NCBI RefSeq assembly: GCF_038025025.1
Contig: NW_027117338.1
Span: 62,001-126,000 of the forward strand
Length of the DNA: 64,000 nt
Reading direction: 5' to 3'
Source: Phyllosticta citribraziliensis
Lineage: Eukaryota
In this document: positions 50,078-63,534 of the stretch, one piece after another
Layout of the letters: each line of letters opens with the position of its first letter
How positions within the stretch are numbered: the first letter of the stretch is position 1
The notes under the pieces: model-generated
Databases searched by the model: none
Seen by the model: the letters and a program-made list of their open reading frames with translations, nothing else
What the model was told of the DNA's origin: nothing
Program-made: the position numbers and the translations under genes

Positions 50078-51361
50078 TTACCAAGGATGGGGCTGCTCGC
50101 CGTCAGCATGCGCGGCTGCAGGACATGAGTCCCGTGGCGGCATTTGCCTACATACCTGGTTCTCCCAGGTCCAAAAGGTGCCGCTGTGCTGGATGCCTTT
50201 GCTTTGTATCACGTCGATCATGCCAGCGACCGACACTTCTGGGCTGATTTGCCCTTGGATCGCCCACGGAAGTTGAATGTTTGACATGTCTCTGCTGACT
50301 TTTTAGCCACTCCTTTGGAGCGAACAGGCAGACTTACGTCGCGACCTCTCCGGGATGCAGGGCCAGAATGATGGTGTCGTCGTCCTTTCTCTTGAGCTCC
50401 GCAGCCATGTGCTAAGCAAGCAAACAATCAGTACCGTGCCATGCCTGTGCTTCGGCATCACTTACCCGAAGCATCTGGTTCAAGGCGGCCTTGGACGCGG
50501 CATACGCAGCGAAACCGTCTTCCATCTCCCGAAAGTTGATGGCGGAACCCGAGTCGCTGCTCATGAAGGCTATGGAGCCAATGGGAATGTTGGTCTGGAG
50601 CAGCTTCTGCGCCGTTATGATGGGCCCTAGCCCATGTCAACCTTTATTCAGGGATTCCCAGGGGTCAGCAGAGTGCCCACCGATGGTGTTGGTGTGTAGG
50701 TGAAAGGCAAACTCGTCAAAGGATCTGCAGCGCAGTCATTAGCATAAGGTTGGCGAGACTCGGTCCTCACATGGTACAAAGAGGCGGCAAAAGGAATGGC
50801 AAATTGGGAATGGCTGCCTTGACTTTAAGCAGTGCAACCATCACTGCTTCCTGCGGCTTTCTTGTCCACACCCACGCGAACAAGACGGCTGAGGATCCAG
50901 ACGAAGCGCACCGGCAGTTGCCAAGGAGGTTTTGGGCGGAGAAGGGTCACCAACAGTTCGGTTGCCCTCTGGTCACATCAGCCTGAATTCTCGAAAGGAC
51001 GGCAAAAGTCCTCACATTGGGATATCTCAAGACGCCGGCGTTGATGACGACGTAGTCTATCTTGAGATTGGGTATCTGGACGAGTTGATGCACAAAGTTC
51101 TGCGTCGTCATCAACTGACCGGTCTTGACGACCAATCTGGGAGGATGCAGGCCGTACTACGATGCTGGCCTCTGAGAGAATATCGCAAACAAACATCTGA
51201 CAGCGGCCGTGGTCGTTGCCTGAGTGGCCCCAGAGCGCAGAGGCATGCTCTGCCCAGGGCTGGCGGACCGTGGCGATGATTTTCTCGCCCCGCGCGAGCA
51301 GCTGGCGGACAAACTCGAGGCCAATGCCTCTGCTGGCGCCGATGATGACCCAGGTGGTCAT
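50078..51361 (-). CDS. Classical short-chain dehydrogenase/reductase, CsgA/C-factor-like, multi-intron
   Basis: TWVIIGASRGIGLEFVRQLL, YVVINAGVLRY, FMSSDSGS, AYAASKAALNQM (YxxxK), LALHPGEV, GTFWTWEN..PW. Confidence 0.9.
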
Positions 51362-52256
51362 GTCTTGGTCGGAGTACAGGGCGTCTGGGATTAGGTTCAT
51401 TTTTTCAACGAGAGCATTGTAGAATGGGGGTGGAGAAGAAGGAGAAGCGACGGTCTGACTCGCGCGACAGACTGGACCCTAACGGCAGGCCGACAGAAGG
51501 GTTGAATATGGTGTAAAGCAGCGGTGCGGGCCGTTTTGAGGGACAGACTACTTGGGAAAAGGGCGTGGGGCGGACGGCGATGTTGGGAGAGGGGGAGCGG
51601 GACGGTGGCAGGGCTGGACATGGGCGCCACGCCGCACGCGATACGGTGGCATTTGCGGCAAACAAGGTTTGTCTCGAACGGGCTTGATTTGAAAGACGAC
51701 ACCAGATGAAGCGTGTTTGAAGTGTGTGCTGATGAAACTGGTTTGTTTTTGAGTAGAGCGAGCCAAGGAGGGGAGGCCGTGGTTGTCGGCAAAGAACGGC
51801 AGTTTGGTCGAGGCGATTCAGCAAGGGAACCAGCGCATCATCAGTGTGAATCGCGTGGCGGAAGTGACGAAATTGATCGTAGAGGCGTCGACCTGATGGA
51901 CTTCGTAGCCGGCACTGAGATCCGAGGGATTCTCCCACTTTCAGAGGGCTGTGGCTGTGCGAGGCTCGGAATGCAAACAGTGAGGACAGCCACACGGCCA
52001 ACAAGTCAGATGGACTGTGATACAGATAGATACAGCGTGCAGCGTCCGAGGTGAGGTGCCGAGCAGTGAAGTGAAGCGAAGGAATGAGATGCCGAGAAAG
52101 ATCGAGAATAATCAATGAGCCCAGGGCTGCACTGGTCGGCGATGAGATAGATGATGACGACACGACAGCGGGAAAAACTGCGAGCAATCACCGCCGCCCG
52201 AGCCACCCCGGAGCGCCACACTCCGCTATTCCGGGCGCGCCCGACTGCCCCTTAGA

Positions 52257-52276
52257 ATCCCGCCCGCCCTGATTGG
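52257..52276 (-). promoter_or_regulatory. Bipartite CBC(HapB/C/E):HapX site CCAAT-N12-GAT upstream of cytochrome c
   Basis: Minus strand reads CCAAT cagggcgggcgg GAT, an exact match to CSAAT-N12-RWT, ~180 nt before the ATG. Confidence 0.7.
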
Positions 52277-52456
52277 CCCACAGCTCGCCGCGCCGCCTGG
52301 CCGTCATCAGCACAAAAAGTCCTCATCGGTTCCCTTTTCTCCTGCACTTCTCGTCCAGCACCTCTCTTCCACTCCATCCACTGCAACCTGCGACTCTCGC
52401 TCATCCTCACGCTTCCATATCCTCACTCCTAGACTTATTCCTCTCCTCACTTCACA

Positions 52457-53226
52457 ATGCCTTTCGCTGCTGGTACGTTTGCCGCCCCGACTCTCATCGT
52501 CATCGAGTGCGCCGCGACTCCAACGTGGTCCTTCAGCCTCCAAGACCTCTAGCAGCGTCCCGCCAGCCTCGAAGCACCGTCCGCTCGAATACCCTTCGTC
52601 TGGATGTTGAACGGAGGAATGCGCGCGGGTTTGGCTGTCCGTCTGCCCTTGCGACTGAGGATCCCACTGCTGGCGCTGGCGGCGCACTCAACGACTATTC
52701 ATCAACAATCGCCACTCGGACAATACACTAACGACACCTGCAGGTGACGCCAAGAAGGGTGCCGGTCTCTTCAAGGTATGCCTCTGCGCTGCGCCTGGCT
52801 CCCACCCTCGGGCGCCTCGCCCCCAACATTTTGTCGTACGCTCCTAACACCTGGTAGACCCGCTGCGCTCAGTGCCACACTCTCAAGGCCGGCGAGGGCA
52901 ACAAGGTCGGCCCTGCCCTGCACGGCGTCTTTGGCCGCAAGTCTGGTCAGGTCGAGGGCTACTCCTACACCGACGCCAACAAGTCAAAGGGCGTCACGTG
53001 GGACGAGAACACCATGGTACGTTTCAGTCGGCCCTGGACGGGCGCTACCGCGGCGCGACAGCGGACCTCCCGCCCGCAGGAACGAAACCGCTAACTAGGG
53101 CTGCAGTTCGACTACCTCGAGAACCCCAAGAAGTACATCCCCGGCACCAAGATGGCCTTTGGCGGTCTCAAGAAGCCCAAGGACCGCAACGACCTCATCA
53201 CCTTCCTCAAGGAGGAGACTGCATAA
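52457..53226 (+). CDS. CYC1: Cytochrome c; exons 52457-52472, 52744-52775, 52858-53016, 53107-53226
   Basis: [39 protein letters not shown]...[21 protein letters not shown], with the CxxCH heme motif. Confidence 0.98.
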
Positions 53227-54127
53227 ACGACCTCTTCGACGACGACCACCCTTGTTGCTCCACGATACCTCCTCTCACACCTCTTTGTTTCTCTCATCAA
53301 AAAACTTTTTTTCCTCTCTCAATGTTGTATCAAGACGCTATAGACGTACGATAGGTGGGCCCGGCTTCTTCATCTCACTTTAGCAGAGGGGTTTGGCATG
53401 TTTGTATAATACGCTTTGATTGTGTATGGCTAGACATAGACCTCGTTCAGCGGTGGGTCGGTGTCTAGACGGCAAGAAATAATTGGCTCTCCACTTCCGA
53501 CTTCGGTGTCCCGCATTCTCCTTTTTTTCCGTCGTTGTCCTGCTTGGCGTTGCATTCATCGCATTGACAGGCGTGCGGCGTGCAACGGTACCAGGCGTGT
53601 CCGGCGCACACGTCACATCGTCGTCGGACACCATGCCTTATCCTGCTTCTTGTGATTTGCGAATGCGCTCACTCTTCGTCATTGCAGCAGCACAGCGACT
53701 TGCCTCAAGGTACACACACGTCGAGGCGAACGGTTCGGATCGAAGCGAGACTCGCAACCCGACACCTACCGGCGATTACCAGCAAGCAACTCTGTATCCC
53801 GAGGATCCGTCCCGATTGCGACCGCATCATCGATGCCGTATTCAAGCGAACGGATGCTCCCGTCAAACTCTACTTGCGCTCGCTCGCTCGCCGAAGAATT
53901 ATTCGCGCAGGGTTGTCATGTTCCTCACCGCCCGCCGTTGATCACCGCCAATCCCCGCCGCGCCGCCCAAACCCTAGCAGCACACCAACACCTTGGCCAG
54001 TCGTCCTGGTCGCCGAAGTTCGCCACCCGAGCTCCGCTCCGCACCGCAGCGCGCACGCCGCAGCCACATGGGTAGGTAGCAAACAAACTCGAGCAAAGCC
54101 GCATCGCGCGCATAGGCGACAAGCAAA

Positions 54128-54175
54128 CAAGGCGCAAGGCGCAAGGCGCAAGACGCAAGACGCAAGACGCAAGAA
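54128..54175 (+). repeat. 7-bp minisatellite (CAAGRCG)x~7
   Basis: caaggcg x3, caagacg x3, then caagaacg. Confidence 0.85.
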
Positions 54176-55388
54176 CGCAGGCAGACAGGCAGGCAAGCAG
54201 GCAAGCAGGGCGGCGCGCGACCCGCAGACCCGCTCGTTCACTGTTCACCTCAGTTGCCCTACGTACCAGGTACGACCGACTGGTTCGCGACGGGAACAGG
54301 CTTCGATTTGCAGCCCGCAAGCCGCGAGCCGCGAGCCGCGCTGCAGTGCCGTTGTCTGCCGTTGGCAGCCGTTGGGAACCGCGCCCTTTCCGGTTCTTTC
54401 TCCCTACAAGCACGTCCGCCTGTCGTACAGAAGGCTTCGTTCGTTGTTGCTTCCTTTGCTCCGGCGCCGCGCCTCTGGGTCTGGCTCTGACTCTGTCCTG
54501 AGATGAAATGATGGAGGGGTACTGGGTGGGGTGGGTGGGTGGTGAGGAGTGCTGGCTCTCTGATACCGTACTTGCTTTGGTTTTCTTGGTTTGTGTGCTT
54601 TGATCGAGGACGGATGGATAGATGGATGCTAGCTACTTCACCAGCCCGCCTTGCTATAAATCACTCCGCTTGTCCGCCTCTTTGTCAGCCCAGTTGCCCG
54701 AGTCTTGTACTGACTAACCTAACCGGCTTTCCAGTCGACGGTGTATCACAAACCACACCACACCGTAGAAAGACAGACTGAAAAGGTAGAGATAGATAGA
54801 CGGTTAGAAAAGACGAATAAAGGTACACATCACAGGGTACACATACACACATACATAGACAGACTCAAATAGACATATAGCCAACCAAGTACAATAAAGG
54901 GCTCCTCTCTCCCTCACCTACCTACCTACCTACCTACTCCCTCCGCGGCGTATAGTAGAGCAGCCTAGACCAGACCAGACCAGATCGCTATGGAATAGAC
55001 TACTACTAGACAGGCCGTCTCTTCTATGCTCTACTCTCTTCTCTTCTTCTCTCCACGCTCTTCTTTGGCTGTTTACGCGTAGAGAGCGCGCCTTGGATTT
55101 ATTTAGTAGGTAGGTAGGTAGACAAGGCGGAGGACATTGACAGCAGTGATGGATACCGGGGGCCAGGTACACGGGTTGCGTCCGTGGTTCGTCCTCTTTC
55201 GCTCTTCCTTTCTCTCTGTCTCTCTTTCGCTCTTCAAAACTTGTGTCCAAAGTCTGCCCACCGGAGGGCTGGCGTGGGTGGCGCAACAGCCGCGCGCGCG
55301 CCGGGTATACCACCAATCGTCAATCTCCAATCTCCAATAACAACAACAACAAAACAACAACACCCTCTCCTTCTCTCTCACTCCCTCT

Positions 55389-56211
55389 CTACGCCGCCGC
55401 CGCCCCCTCACCACCTCCCCCACCGCCACCCCCGCCCATCGACCGCCTGCCCTTCTTCCCTGCGCCCTTGCCCGCCGGGCTGTTATTCCCACTGCCACTC
55501 CCGCTGCCACTGCCACTCGCGCTCCTGCGGCCCCTCCGCGCACTCCCACTCCCACTTCCACCAGCAGCACCTTGCGCACCCGCACCCGCACTCGCGACAG
55601 CCTGCGCCCTCACGCGCGCCGCCTCCAGCACATCCGCCGTCCCGCAGCCCGGCCGTCTCCTCTCGACGCGCTCGCCGCCCAAGGGCACCATGTCCGGCTC
55701 TCCCCCACCTGCATGCTGTTGTAGCCCTTGTTCCACGACGGTGCTATTCGCGCCGCCGCCGCGCTGCTTGTTGTTCTCGCCAAACAGGAAGCGCACGCGG
55801 ACGCCGGGCGTGCCGGCCGGCGGCGGGCCGCCCGACGGGTCGTCGTCCCACTCGGGCTCGCTGTCGTCGCTGGCGAAGCCGGCGAGTTGGTTTTCGAAGT
55901 GCAGGCGGGTTTGCGGTATGGACTGCGAGGATGCGCGGGGGGCGCGCGAGATGGTCAGCTTGGTCGGCATGGGGGGGGGCCCATTGGGGACAGTGGGAAG
56001 AGAAAGGAAGGCGGAGAGATACCTCGTTGCGCACCGTACTCCACCAGATCAGCATCTCGTTGGACTCGAGCACGCGCGCGGCGTTGTAGCGCCGCTGCCG
56101 CTCCTCGTACGTTTCGCTCAGCGGCTCGTTTGTTGCGCTGACGGCAGCGGCGGCGGCGGTGGGCGTCTTCGTTTTCGTCTTGGTGGTCGGGGGAGCCGCT
56201 CGGGTCGCCAT
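55389..56211 (-). CDS. Small conserved hypothetical protein, one intron (~55926-56022), Gly-rich tail
   Basis: GAG|GTATCT..TCGCAG splice joins EERQRRYNAARVLESNEMLIWWSTVRNE to SIPQTRLHFENQLAG, a motif I recognise from Pezizomycotina hypothetical proteins. Confidence 0.7.
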
Positions 56212-57311
56212 GCTGCTGCTGCTGCTGCGTGCGGCTGGCGTCCGTTGGCCTGTCTGTTTGTCTATGTGTGCGCTGGCAAGGAAGGGTGGGCGCGCGGAGG
56301 AGGGTCGGTCGGTGGGCAAGGTATGTAGGTCGTCGAGGGTCGAGCGAGCGAGCGAGGGAGGAGGGACGGAAACGAGGATGGCCGATTTAAAGGGCGAGAC
56401 GACTGGAGGCGGAGAGAGACGTGTCGCAAGGGATGCAGCAAGCAGTCAATCCAGTCGAGGGAGGCTGAGAGACAGGTCGGTAAGGTGGTCGGTAAGGTGT
56501 TAGGCAGGTGGGCGAGCGCGAAAAACGGCAAGTAAGCTGATGCGGGGTGGGTGGTGGGCGTGAGTGGTGCCACTAGTGGGGCAAGAAGCAGAGGGCGAGA
56601 AAAATTTCTTGGTTGCGCGCGCGCGGCTATTCAAAACAGCTCTGGATATAGAAACGCGCAGGAGATCGAGGACGAGTGGAGAGTGGTGAGGGCGAAATGA
56701 TGGCGCTGGAGGTAGTGCTGCGCGCACTTGGGGGTTGCGAGAAGGATTGCCTCTTGTGGTAAGCGGGCGGATGGGGCCTTGAACCGCACGGGGCACTTCA
56801 CCATGTGCCCCCAAGGAATATTTATAGGCAAACTCAGCTTCATTATCAGATCAAGAATTCTAGGAAGTGATGTAGGAGAAGAATCATATTGATGTCTCGT
56901 CTTCCCATCCACTCAAGGTCTCAAGCCAATCGCAGAATGTGAGAGTGCTGTTTCGGAACAGTACTGCCTCCAACCGAATGCAGTCTTTAGTGGAACAAAT
57001 TCCGACGTTTCTACCATCTTCGTGTTCGGTCATCCCACTCTTCGGCCTTTCATCCACAAGGGGGCGAGCAAGCGAGGTCAAGAATAGTGCTCACTCAATC
57101 TCCGCCAGCATTGTGATGGACCTCCAATCACTATCTAACCGTCAGTCGTTATATTTCTATCAGTCTAGCGACAAGATACAAGTCAATCTGAAAGATGTTC
57201 ATGACGTGCCCAGAGACAAGCAAGCAGCGAGAAATGGCAACTGTATTTTCAAAATCTATGCCCACCCAAAATCCATCTGTCCAGGGTATATGCATCACTC
57301 ATGAGTCCAGT

Positions 57312-58408
57312 CTACGGCAGGTTGTCCAGAGGGTCGTAGTCTCCGGTCGGGTGGGGCTTGTCGGGGAAGTGTAGGTTGACGCCAAAGCCGGGGTACACGA
57401 AGCGCGTCAGACCCTTGTTCTTGTGAATGTCCTCGAGCGCCGCCAGCTCCTCGGCGTCGAGAGGGATGATGTTCTTGTTCTCGTCTATCCGCGAGGGGTT
57501 GACGGACTTGGCGAGAACGGAGCTGCCACGTGCCACTGCTCACTGTCAGACAATGAAAGGTGGGGAAGGAGATGAGACGTACCGTGGTAGCTGAGCAATA
57601 CGGTGCCGGCCGTGACCTTGTGCTTCTGGGCGACTTCGTTGACGGCCTCCTCCTTGAACATGGGGCTGCCCGTGCTGCCAAAGGGGCTGTAGGCGGTGAT
57701 GTGGATGCCCTTGGACTTGCAAAAGTCGACGATTTCTTGCTGCGGGAGGTAGGGGTGGTTCTCAATCTTGCGGGAGGTCAGATGTTTGCATCCACGTGTC
57801 TGGCAGAGCGCTTACTTGATTGGCGGCGGGGACGACTTCGACTCTTTTCAGCAGAGCCTCGAGGTAGGGAACGCTAAAGTTGGAAACGCCAATGGCCTTG
57901 ACCTTGCCAGTGGAGAGGAGCTTCTCCAGCTGCTTGTACGTGTCGACGAAATTCCACGACTTGTCGAGGTCACGGGAGCCGTCGGGGTGCTTGGGGAACA
58001 TGGGGTCGTTTCCTGTCGGCAATTAGATTGTGCATGGTGGCAATTGGTCGTTTGCTTACCATTGGGGTTCATGGGAACGGGCCAGTGCATGAGGTAGAGG
58101 TCGACATAGTCGAGACCCAGCTTCTTCAAGCTCAGGTCGAGGTTCTCCTCGACGCGCGAGTGATAGGTACACCACAGCTTGGTGGTAACGTGAATGTCTT
58201 CGCGCTTGACGCCCGAGGCGAAACCCTCCTTGAGACCCTCGCCGACCTCTTCCTCGTTGCCGTAGACGTAGGCGCAGTCAATGTGCTTGTAGCCCGTCTT
58301 GAGGGCGTGAGCGACGGCCGTCTTGACCTGGCCAGGCTCCGACTGCCAGGTGCCCAGGCCCAATGCGGGGATGGTGGCGCCGGTGTTGAGGGGCAGAGGG
58401 GTGTTCAT
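57312..58408 (-). CDS. NADPH aldo-keto reductase, GAR1-type hexuronate (D-galacturonate/D-glucuronate) reductase-like, 3 introns
   Basis: AKR tetrad in [10 protein letters not shown] / TTKLW / LMHWP. Segments [46 protein letters not shown] and [13 protein letters not shown] closely follow Trichoderma GAR1 as I recall it. Confidence 0.9.
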
Positions 58409-59629
58409 GGTGGGCTTGGGGTTGATGATGCTGGAGGGGGTAGCTTTGAGGATGAATTTGCAGAGTTGGGGATTCATGACAGGAGAAGAGGGGAATGGCG
58501 TGCTTTCAAGAGACGACCCCCAGGAACAGGAACCCCACCTTGTCCTCACGGCACGCAATCGCACCAAAGGCCGATGACGCCACGGACGCTGATGGGTGGA
58601 GCGTGCTCAAGCTGCAGTGCCGTCCACCAGTCGTCTCCAGCTTCGCTTCGCTTCGGCCAACGACCCCAGACGGGAGCGATGAAATGCCTTGTGGCCTGAG
58701 GCCGAAACAACCTGAACCTAACCTCACTTCTGCATTCACGTGCCTTGTGCGACGACGACCCGACGACACCTGATGTCAGCCTGCAGCTTCATCAACACCA
58801 CATCCCAATCCATCGTCATCCATCCTCAGAAAAAAACCGCTGCCCGTGGCGATCGCAACCTGGTTTCCACAAGCGGGTAGCTCTCAACTAGCGCTCCCGC
58901 ACCCAAGCCGTAGGGCAGATTGAGCCGCAGCCCAAGACAAGACCCGGTGCCTTCGGACAAAGATTGCCATCAAGAGACCGCCCTAATGTAACCATGATTC
59001 CAACAATCCCGTCGTCCTCTTCCGGCTTATGAGACTGTCAGATACTGCGAGCTCCAGCCTCGACAGCCCGCATCCGACTGTCCGTCGCACTTGATCGGCG
59101 GATCTCATCCTCCACGCTACCGAAAAGTGGTTTCCGAGCCTCGCCTCCCTGTTGACATCAGTACATTGCCCAATGGAGGCCGTGTGTAACCTGATGCTCA
59201 GGCGAACCGGCCAGTCTGCGCTCGCCCATTTCCTCTGGAATCCGTAATGCCGGTCCGACTTTGTGGGGTTGGCTGGAGGCTGTCGACCGTCGTTGCGCAG
59301 GGCCGCTGCGGAGTGCATGTGCTGGGGAACTTAGTTTCCAGACCCCTTCTGCATCATGGATTCCGGGGCTTTGCCTTTGTCTCATTCGCTTGGCCTCGTA
59401 AACTTGCCTCTTTGGGTCCTCATCCAGCAAGTCCAACACTGCGGAATTTGCTGGCCAGCGCTGTTCGACGACTTGGTATTTAAACCTTCTTGCCACCATT
59501 CGGTCTTCATCCCATACCAACCCAAGCGCCAGCACCAAACCCACGTCAACCTTTTGCAAGTCATCCTTTGTCATTTAGAGTTTCAGAGATACCCAACTTC
59601 GCATATTCCACCACTGTTCGACCTCCACC

Positions 59630-60666
59630 ATGGCCCCCATCGCCATCGACCAGATCAACAACGGCCAGACCTTTGAGAAGCCGGTCTTCAACAAGGCTCG
59701 CGACGGCCACGCGCTCGAGTCGCTCTCGGACGACATTGACTCGGTCAACGTCCTCAAGGACAAGATCAAGGCCGGCAAGGCCTCGCAGGAGGAAAAGGAC
59801 ATTTACGAAAAGTCGCAGTTCGACGCCCAAAAGGACAAGACGCAATTCCGCCAGTATGAGTCGGCCTGCGACCGCGTCAAGAACTTTTACCGCGAGCAGC
59901 ACGAGAAGCAGACGGTCGCCTACAATCTCAAGGCGCGCAACGACTTTAACAGCAAGACGCGCGCCGAGATGACCATCTGGCAAGCCATGGAGAAGCTCAA
60001 CACCCTCATCGACGAGTCGGACCCGGACACCTCGCTGTCCCAGATTGAGCACCTGCTGCAGTCGGCCGAGGCCATTCGCCGCGACGGCAAGCCGCGCTGG
60101 ATGCAGCTGACGGGCCTGATCCACGACCTGGGCAAGCTGCTCTTCTTCTTCGACGCGCAGGGCCAGTGGGACGTCGTCGGCGACACGTTCCCGGTGGGCT
60201 GCGCGTTCGACGAGCACATCATCTACCCGGACACGTTCAAGGGCAACCCGGACCACGACAACGAAATCTACAGCACAAAGCACGGCATCTACACTCCCGG
60301 CTGCGGCCTCGACAACGTCATGCTGAGCTGGGGCCACGACGAGTACCTGTACCACATTGCCAAGGAGCAGAGCACGCTGCCCGACGAGGCGCTCGCCATG
60401 ATCCGCTACCACAGCTTCTACCCCTGGCACAAGGAGGGCGCGTACGACTGGATGATGAACGAGAAGGACAAGAAGATGCTCGAGGCTGTGCGGGCCTTCA
60501 ACCCTTACGACCTGTACAGCAAGAGCGACGGCATCCCCAAGGTCGAGGACCTCAAGGTACGTTGCGCCAACACTTTCAAAGAGAACATGCAGCTAACAAC
60601 TCTCTTCAGGACTACTACCTCGAGCTCATCGACGAGTACTTCCCCAACAAGGTCATCAAGTGGTAG
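59630..60666 (+). CDS. MIOX: myo-Inositol oxygenase; intron 60557-60609
   Basis: DESDPDT..QIEHLLQSAEAIR, GLIHDLGK, VVGDTFPVGC, SWGHDEYLY, IRYHSFYPWH, FNPYDLYSK (di-iron HD-fold MIOX motifs). Confidence 0.97.
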
Positions 60667-62769
60667 CGGATGAAGCTGCAAGAATTTTGTCGTCGGGCGC
60701 AGTTGTTCCATCCCATGTCGTAATGTCTTTCATTTTGCTCAGTCGGTTTATTTTTCCCACATTAGATGACGATGCACCAAATTCCCCTGGGTGCATCATA
60801 GCGGCTACAAAGTATGAGGTAGCATAGACCAATGATGATTCGCAAGAGCGTCTGGACACCGGCTCTTGTCATTGGCTTCGTCTCTGGACAGTTCTTTCGA
60901 AGTGATTGCGCTGAATACAGCTGTGCCGTACTTACAGCCTCCTCCACCGCCACCTTCTCTGCAGGTGTTTGTTTGCTTGTCCGTTGATGCGACGTCGTCG
61001 GCGCCCAAGACCAGACCACAACGCAGACTGGGCCGCACCGCCCTCTCAACCCGCTCAATCCAGTCAGACACGTCAGACACGATTGCAACCCAACCTCCCT
61101 CGCTGTTCAGTCTTGAGTGCACCACACAGGCTCAAGCACCTGATTTCCCCGCACCCACGCGTCCCAGACCCAGCGGCAAAGCAGAGCAAAGTAGACAGAA
61201 AGACGGCCGACCAACCATCGCAGCCTACTTCTCATCGGCGCTTTACGCTTCGCTCGCTCGCTCGCTCGCTCGCTCTAACCCGCCGACCAAACGCACGCGA
61301 AACACAGCGAAGAGAGACCAGTCGACAAACGAGGTCGAAATCGGAACAAAGAATGGCGGAAACGTGGTCCCGCTTCCCTTCCTGTCCCCTTCCTTCCCTT
61401 CCCTTGTTGCTTTGCTGCGCTCGCTACTCACTTACTATCTGCCGCGTACTTACCAACGCATCTTCCGGGTGTCTTCGTGGTTGGCTACTTGCGTGCCTAC
61501 TCATGGCGCTGTAGTACTTATGCCTCCCTCCCTCCCTCCCTCCCTCCCTCTGTCCCTCTTAGCGTCCCCTTCTTCGTTATAATGTCTGTCTTGAGCGAGC
61601 GCGAGGGAACCATCTCCGCGCGCCTGACCGCGCCGTTTTTGCTGTTTTGAGAATACGGAGGAGAGGAGGACGTACGTTGTTAGCGGAGAGAGAGCGTGTA
61701 CGATTGACGTGTCGGCTGGTGGACGAGTATCTGTAGCGAGTGCACTGCTGCTTTTACTGACTTGATGCACACACACTCTCGCTCTCTCTCCTATCCATCT
61801 CTATACCTCCTGCTTTACTAACCTCCGCGACCGAGCCTTCTCCCTCCTCCCCTTACACGCGCAACCGCTCTCGCGCTCAAGACAACCTTTCTAGCCCTGT
61901 CAGACGGCAGCGCGGCAGCGCGGCAGTACGGTCCACCAAAAGAGAAGAAAAAGCGGCAATAATTGCCTCGTTTGCTCCTGCTCGGCTGAGCGGCAACGCG
62001 GGCGCGCGGCAGAGCGGTGAGCGAGGAAAAGGCCCGGCGGCGCGTCGCGTTGCGATTTGCGGCTCTTTTTGCCTTGTTTGGATGTATGGTGGAAAGAAGT
62101 GTGGGTGGGAAGTAGTGGCGTAGCGTAGGCAGGGTTGGGTTCGCGGATGGGGGGTTGGTTAATCTTGTTGTTGTGGTATGAAAGGTTGGGATGTAGATGG
62201 GTGAAGGAACAAAGGAATGGTAGTAGAAGATGGCGAAAACAACAAGAAGTAAGTCGAATAGAAAGGTAATGGAAGCAAGATCTCCTCTATATATATGTTA
62301 CATTAAATACAGCACTTAGAGGTTCTATTGTCAGCAAGAGTCGGCCTCCTACTAGTATCACCGTCACCATCACCATCACTATTAGCAGCGATAACCACTC
62401 GCTTCCCCTCTCTTCTAAGTAGACAGATAAGTCGTGAAACGCTACAACAACAAGATACATACCTACTAAACTACGCACCTTCCTTCCCTCTGTCCCTCCA
62501 CCATAACCGCCGCCGCCGCCGCCGCCGCCGCCGTACACAAGCAATCACCACATACGGACGTCCCCAGGCAATGATGCACACACCTTCCCTCCGCAGACCC
62601 AAAACAGCAACTCCACACACCCGCCACTTGCGACGTTCGACGCTGTGTGCTGCAGCTAATCAGCGCGCAGCGTGAGCACCTTATGCCGCTTAAACAATTA
62701 GTGATAAAAAAGGAATGACGAGTACAGGTGAAAAGGTCCGCTCAGCCGCTGGTGCGGACACGGATGCGG

Positions 62770-62808
62770 GTAAGAGTAAGAGTAAGAGTACGGATAAGAG
62801 TACGGATA
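62770..62808 (+). repeat. (GTAAGA)n / GTACGGATA microsatellite
   Basis: Directly visible. Confidence 0.8.
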
Positions 62809-63534
62809 CGCTGGTTTGTTGGTTGGTTGGTTGCTGGTAGGGCTGGACGGCCGAGCGAATGGGGTAGGTATGGCGCGAGATGGGATGGGCAGCTTGTCCC
62901 GACAGAGCACATGTATGTAGCTAAGCATCATAACCCGAGAGAAAGAAGGACCGCAAACGGCAAAGAGTCGCGAGTGAGTGAGCAAAGCATGGCCAAAAGA
63001 GAGATTTTGGCGCGCGCTGAGCTGAGTTGGGTTGAGGCAGTTCAGCCCGCCCGTCTGGTCGCCGTCGAGAGTGGTCTGGTGAATGGAGTAGGTATGTATG
63101 CTGGTACTGTAGGTAGAATGAGTGCAAGGCAAGTTTACCCCGCGTGCCCGCGCGCTTGATTGGGTGGGTGGCTGGCTGGACGGAAGAGATGTTCCATCAC
63201 CGGTACGGCACGGTATCTTCGTGTAGAAAGCGGAACGCGAGGAGGAATGAGGCGACATGTGAGAGCGTGTCGCGGACGTGATAAAGCGACTGGCCGAGAG
63301 CCGCGGACCGCTGGTGGGTGGTAAGAAGAAGGTTGTGGAGGCGGATGCAGCCGCAGCGCCGTGTGGAGAAGTGTGGGCAGTGGATGGATGGATGGATGGC
63401 TGGACATCAAGGTGTTTGTTTTGGAAAGAAAAGCGGACGGGTGTCTGGATTTGGGTATTCGTATGATGTGCCCAACACTACAGTAGCTTCAATGAAGCTG
63501 CGTTCACGTCTCCCCCAACACCCCCTGACACCCC

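Noticed and set aside
58409..59629. Galacturonate-responsive element (TCCNCCAAT) in the AKR promoter
   Set aside because: No exact match seen, which favours an inositol/glucuronate rather than pectin role, but this is weak negative evidence.
60700..63500. ORFs 60866..61582 and 62698..63258 between MIOX and the SDR
   Set aside because: Built from simple repeats and low-complexity UTR-like sequence, with no protein motifs.
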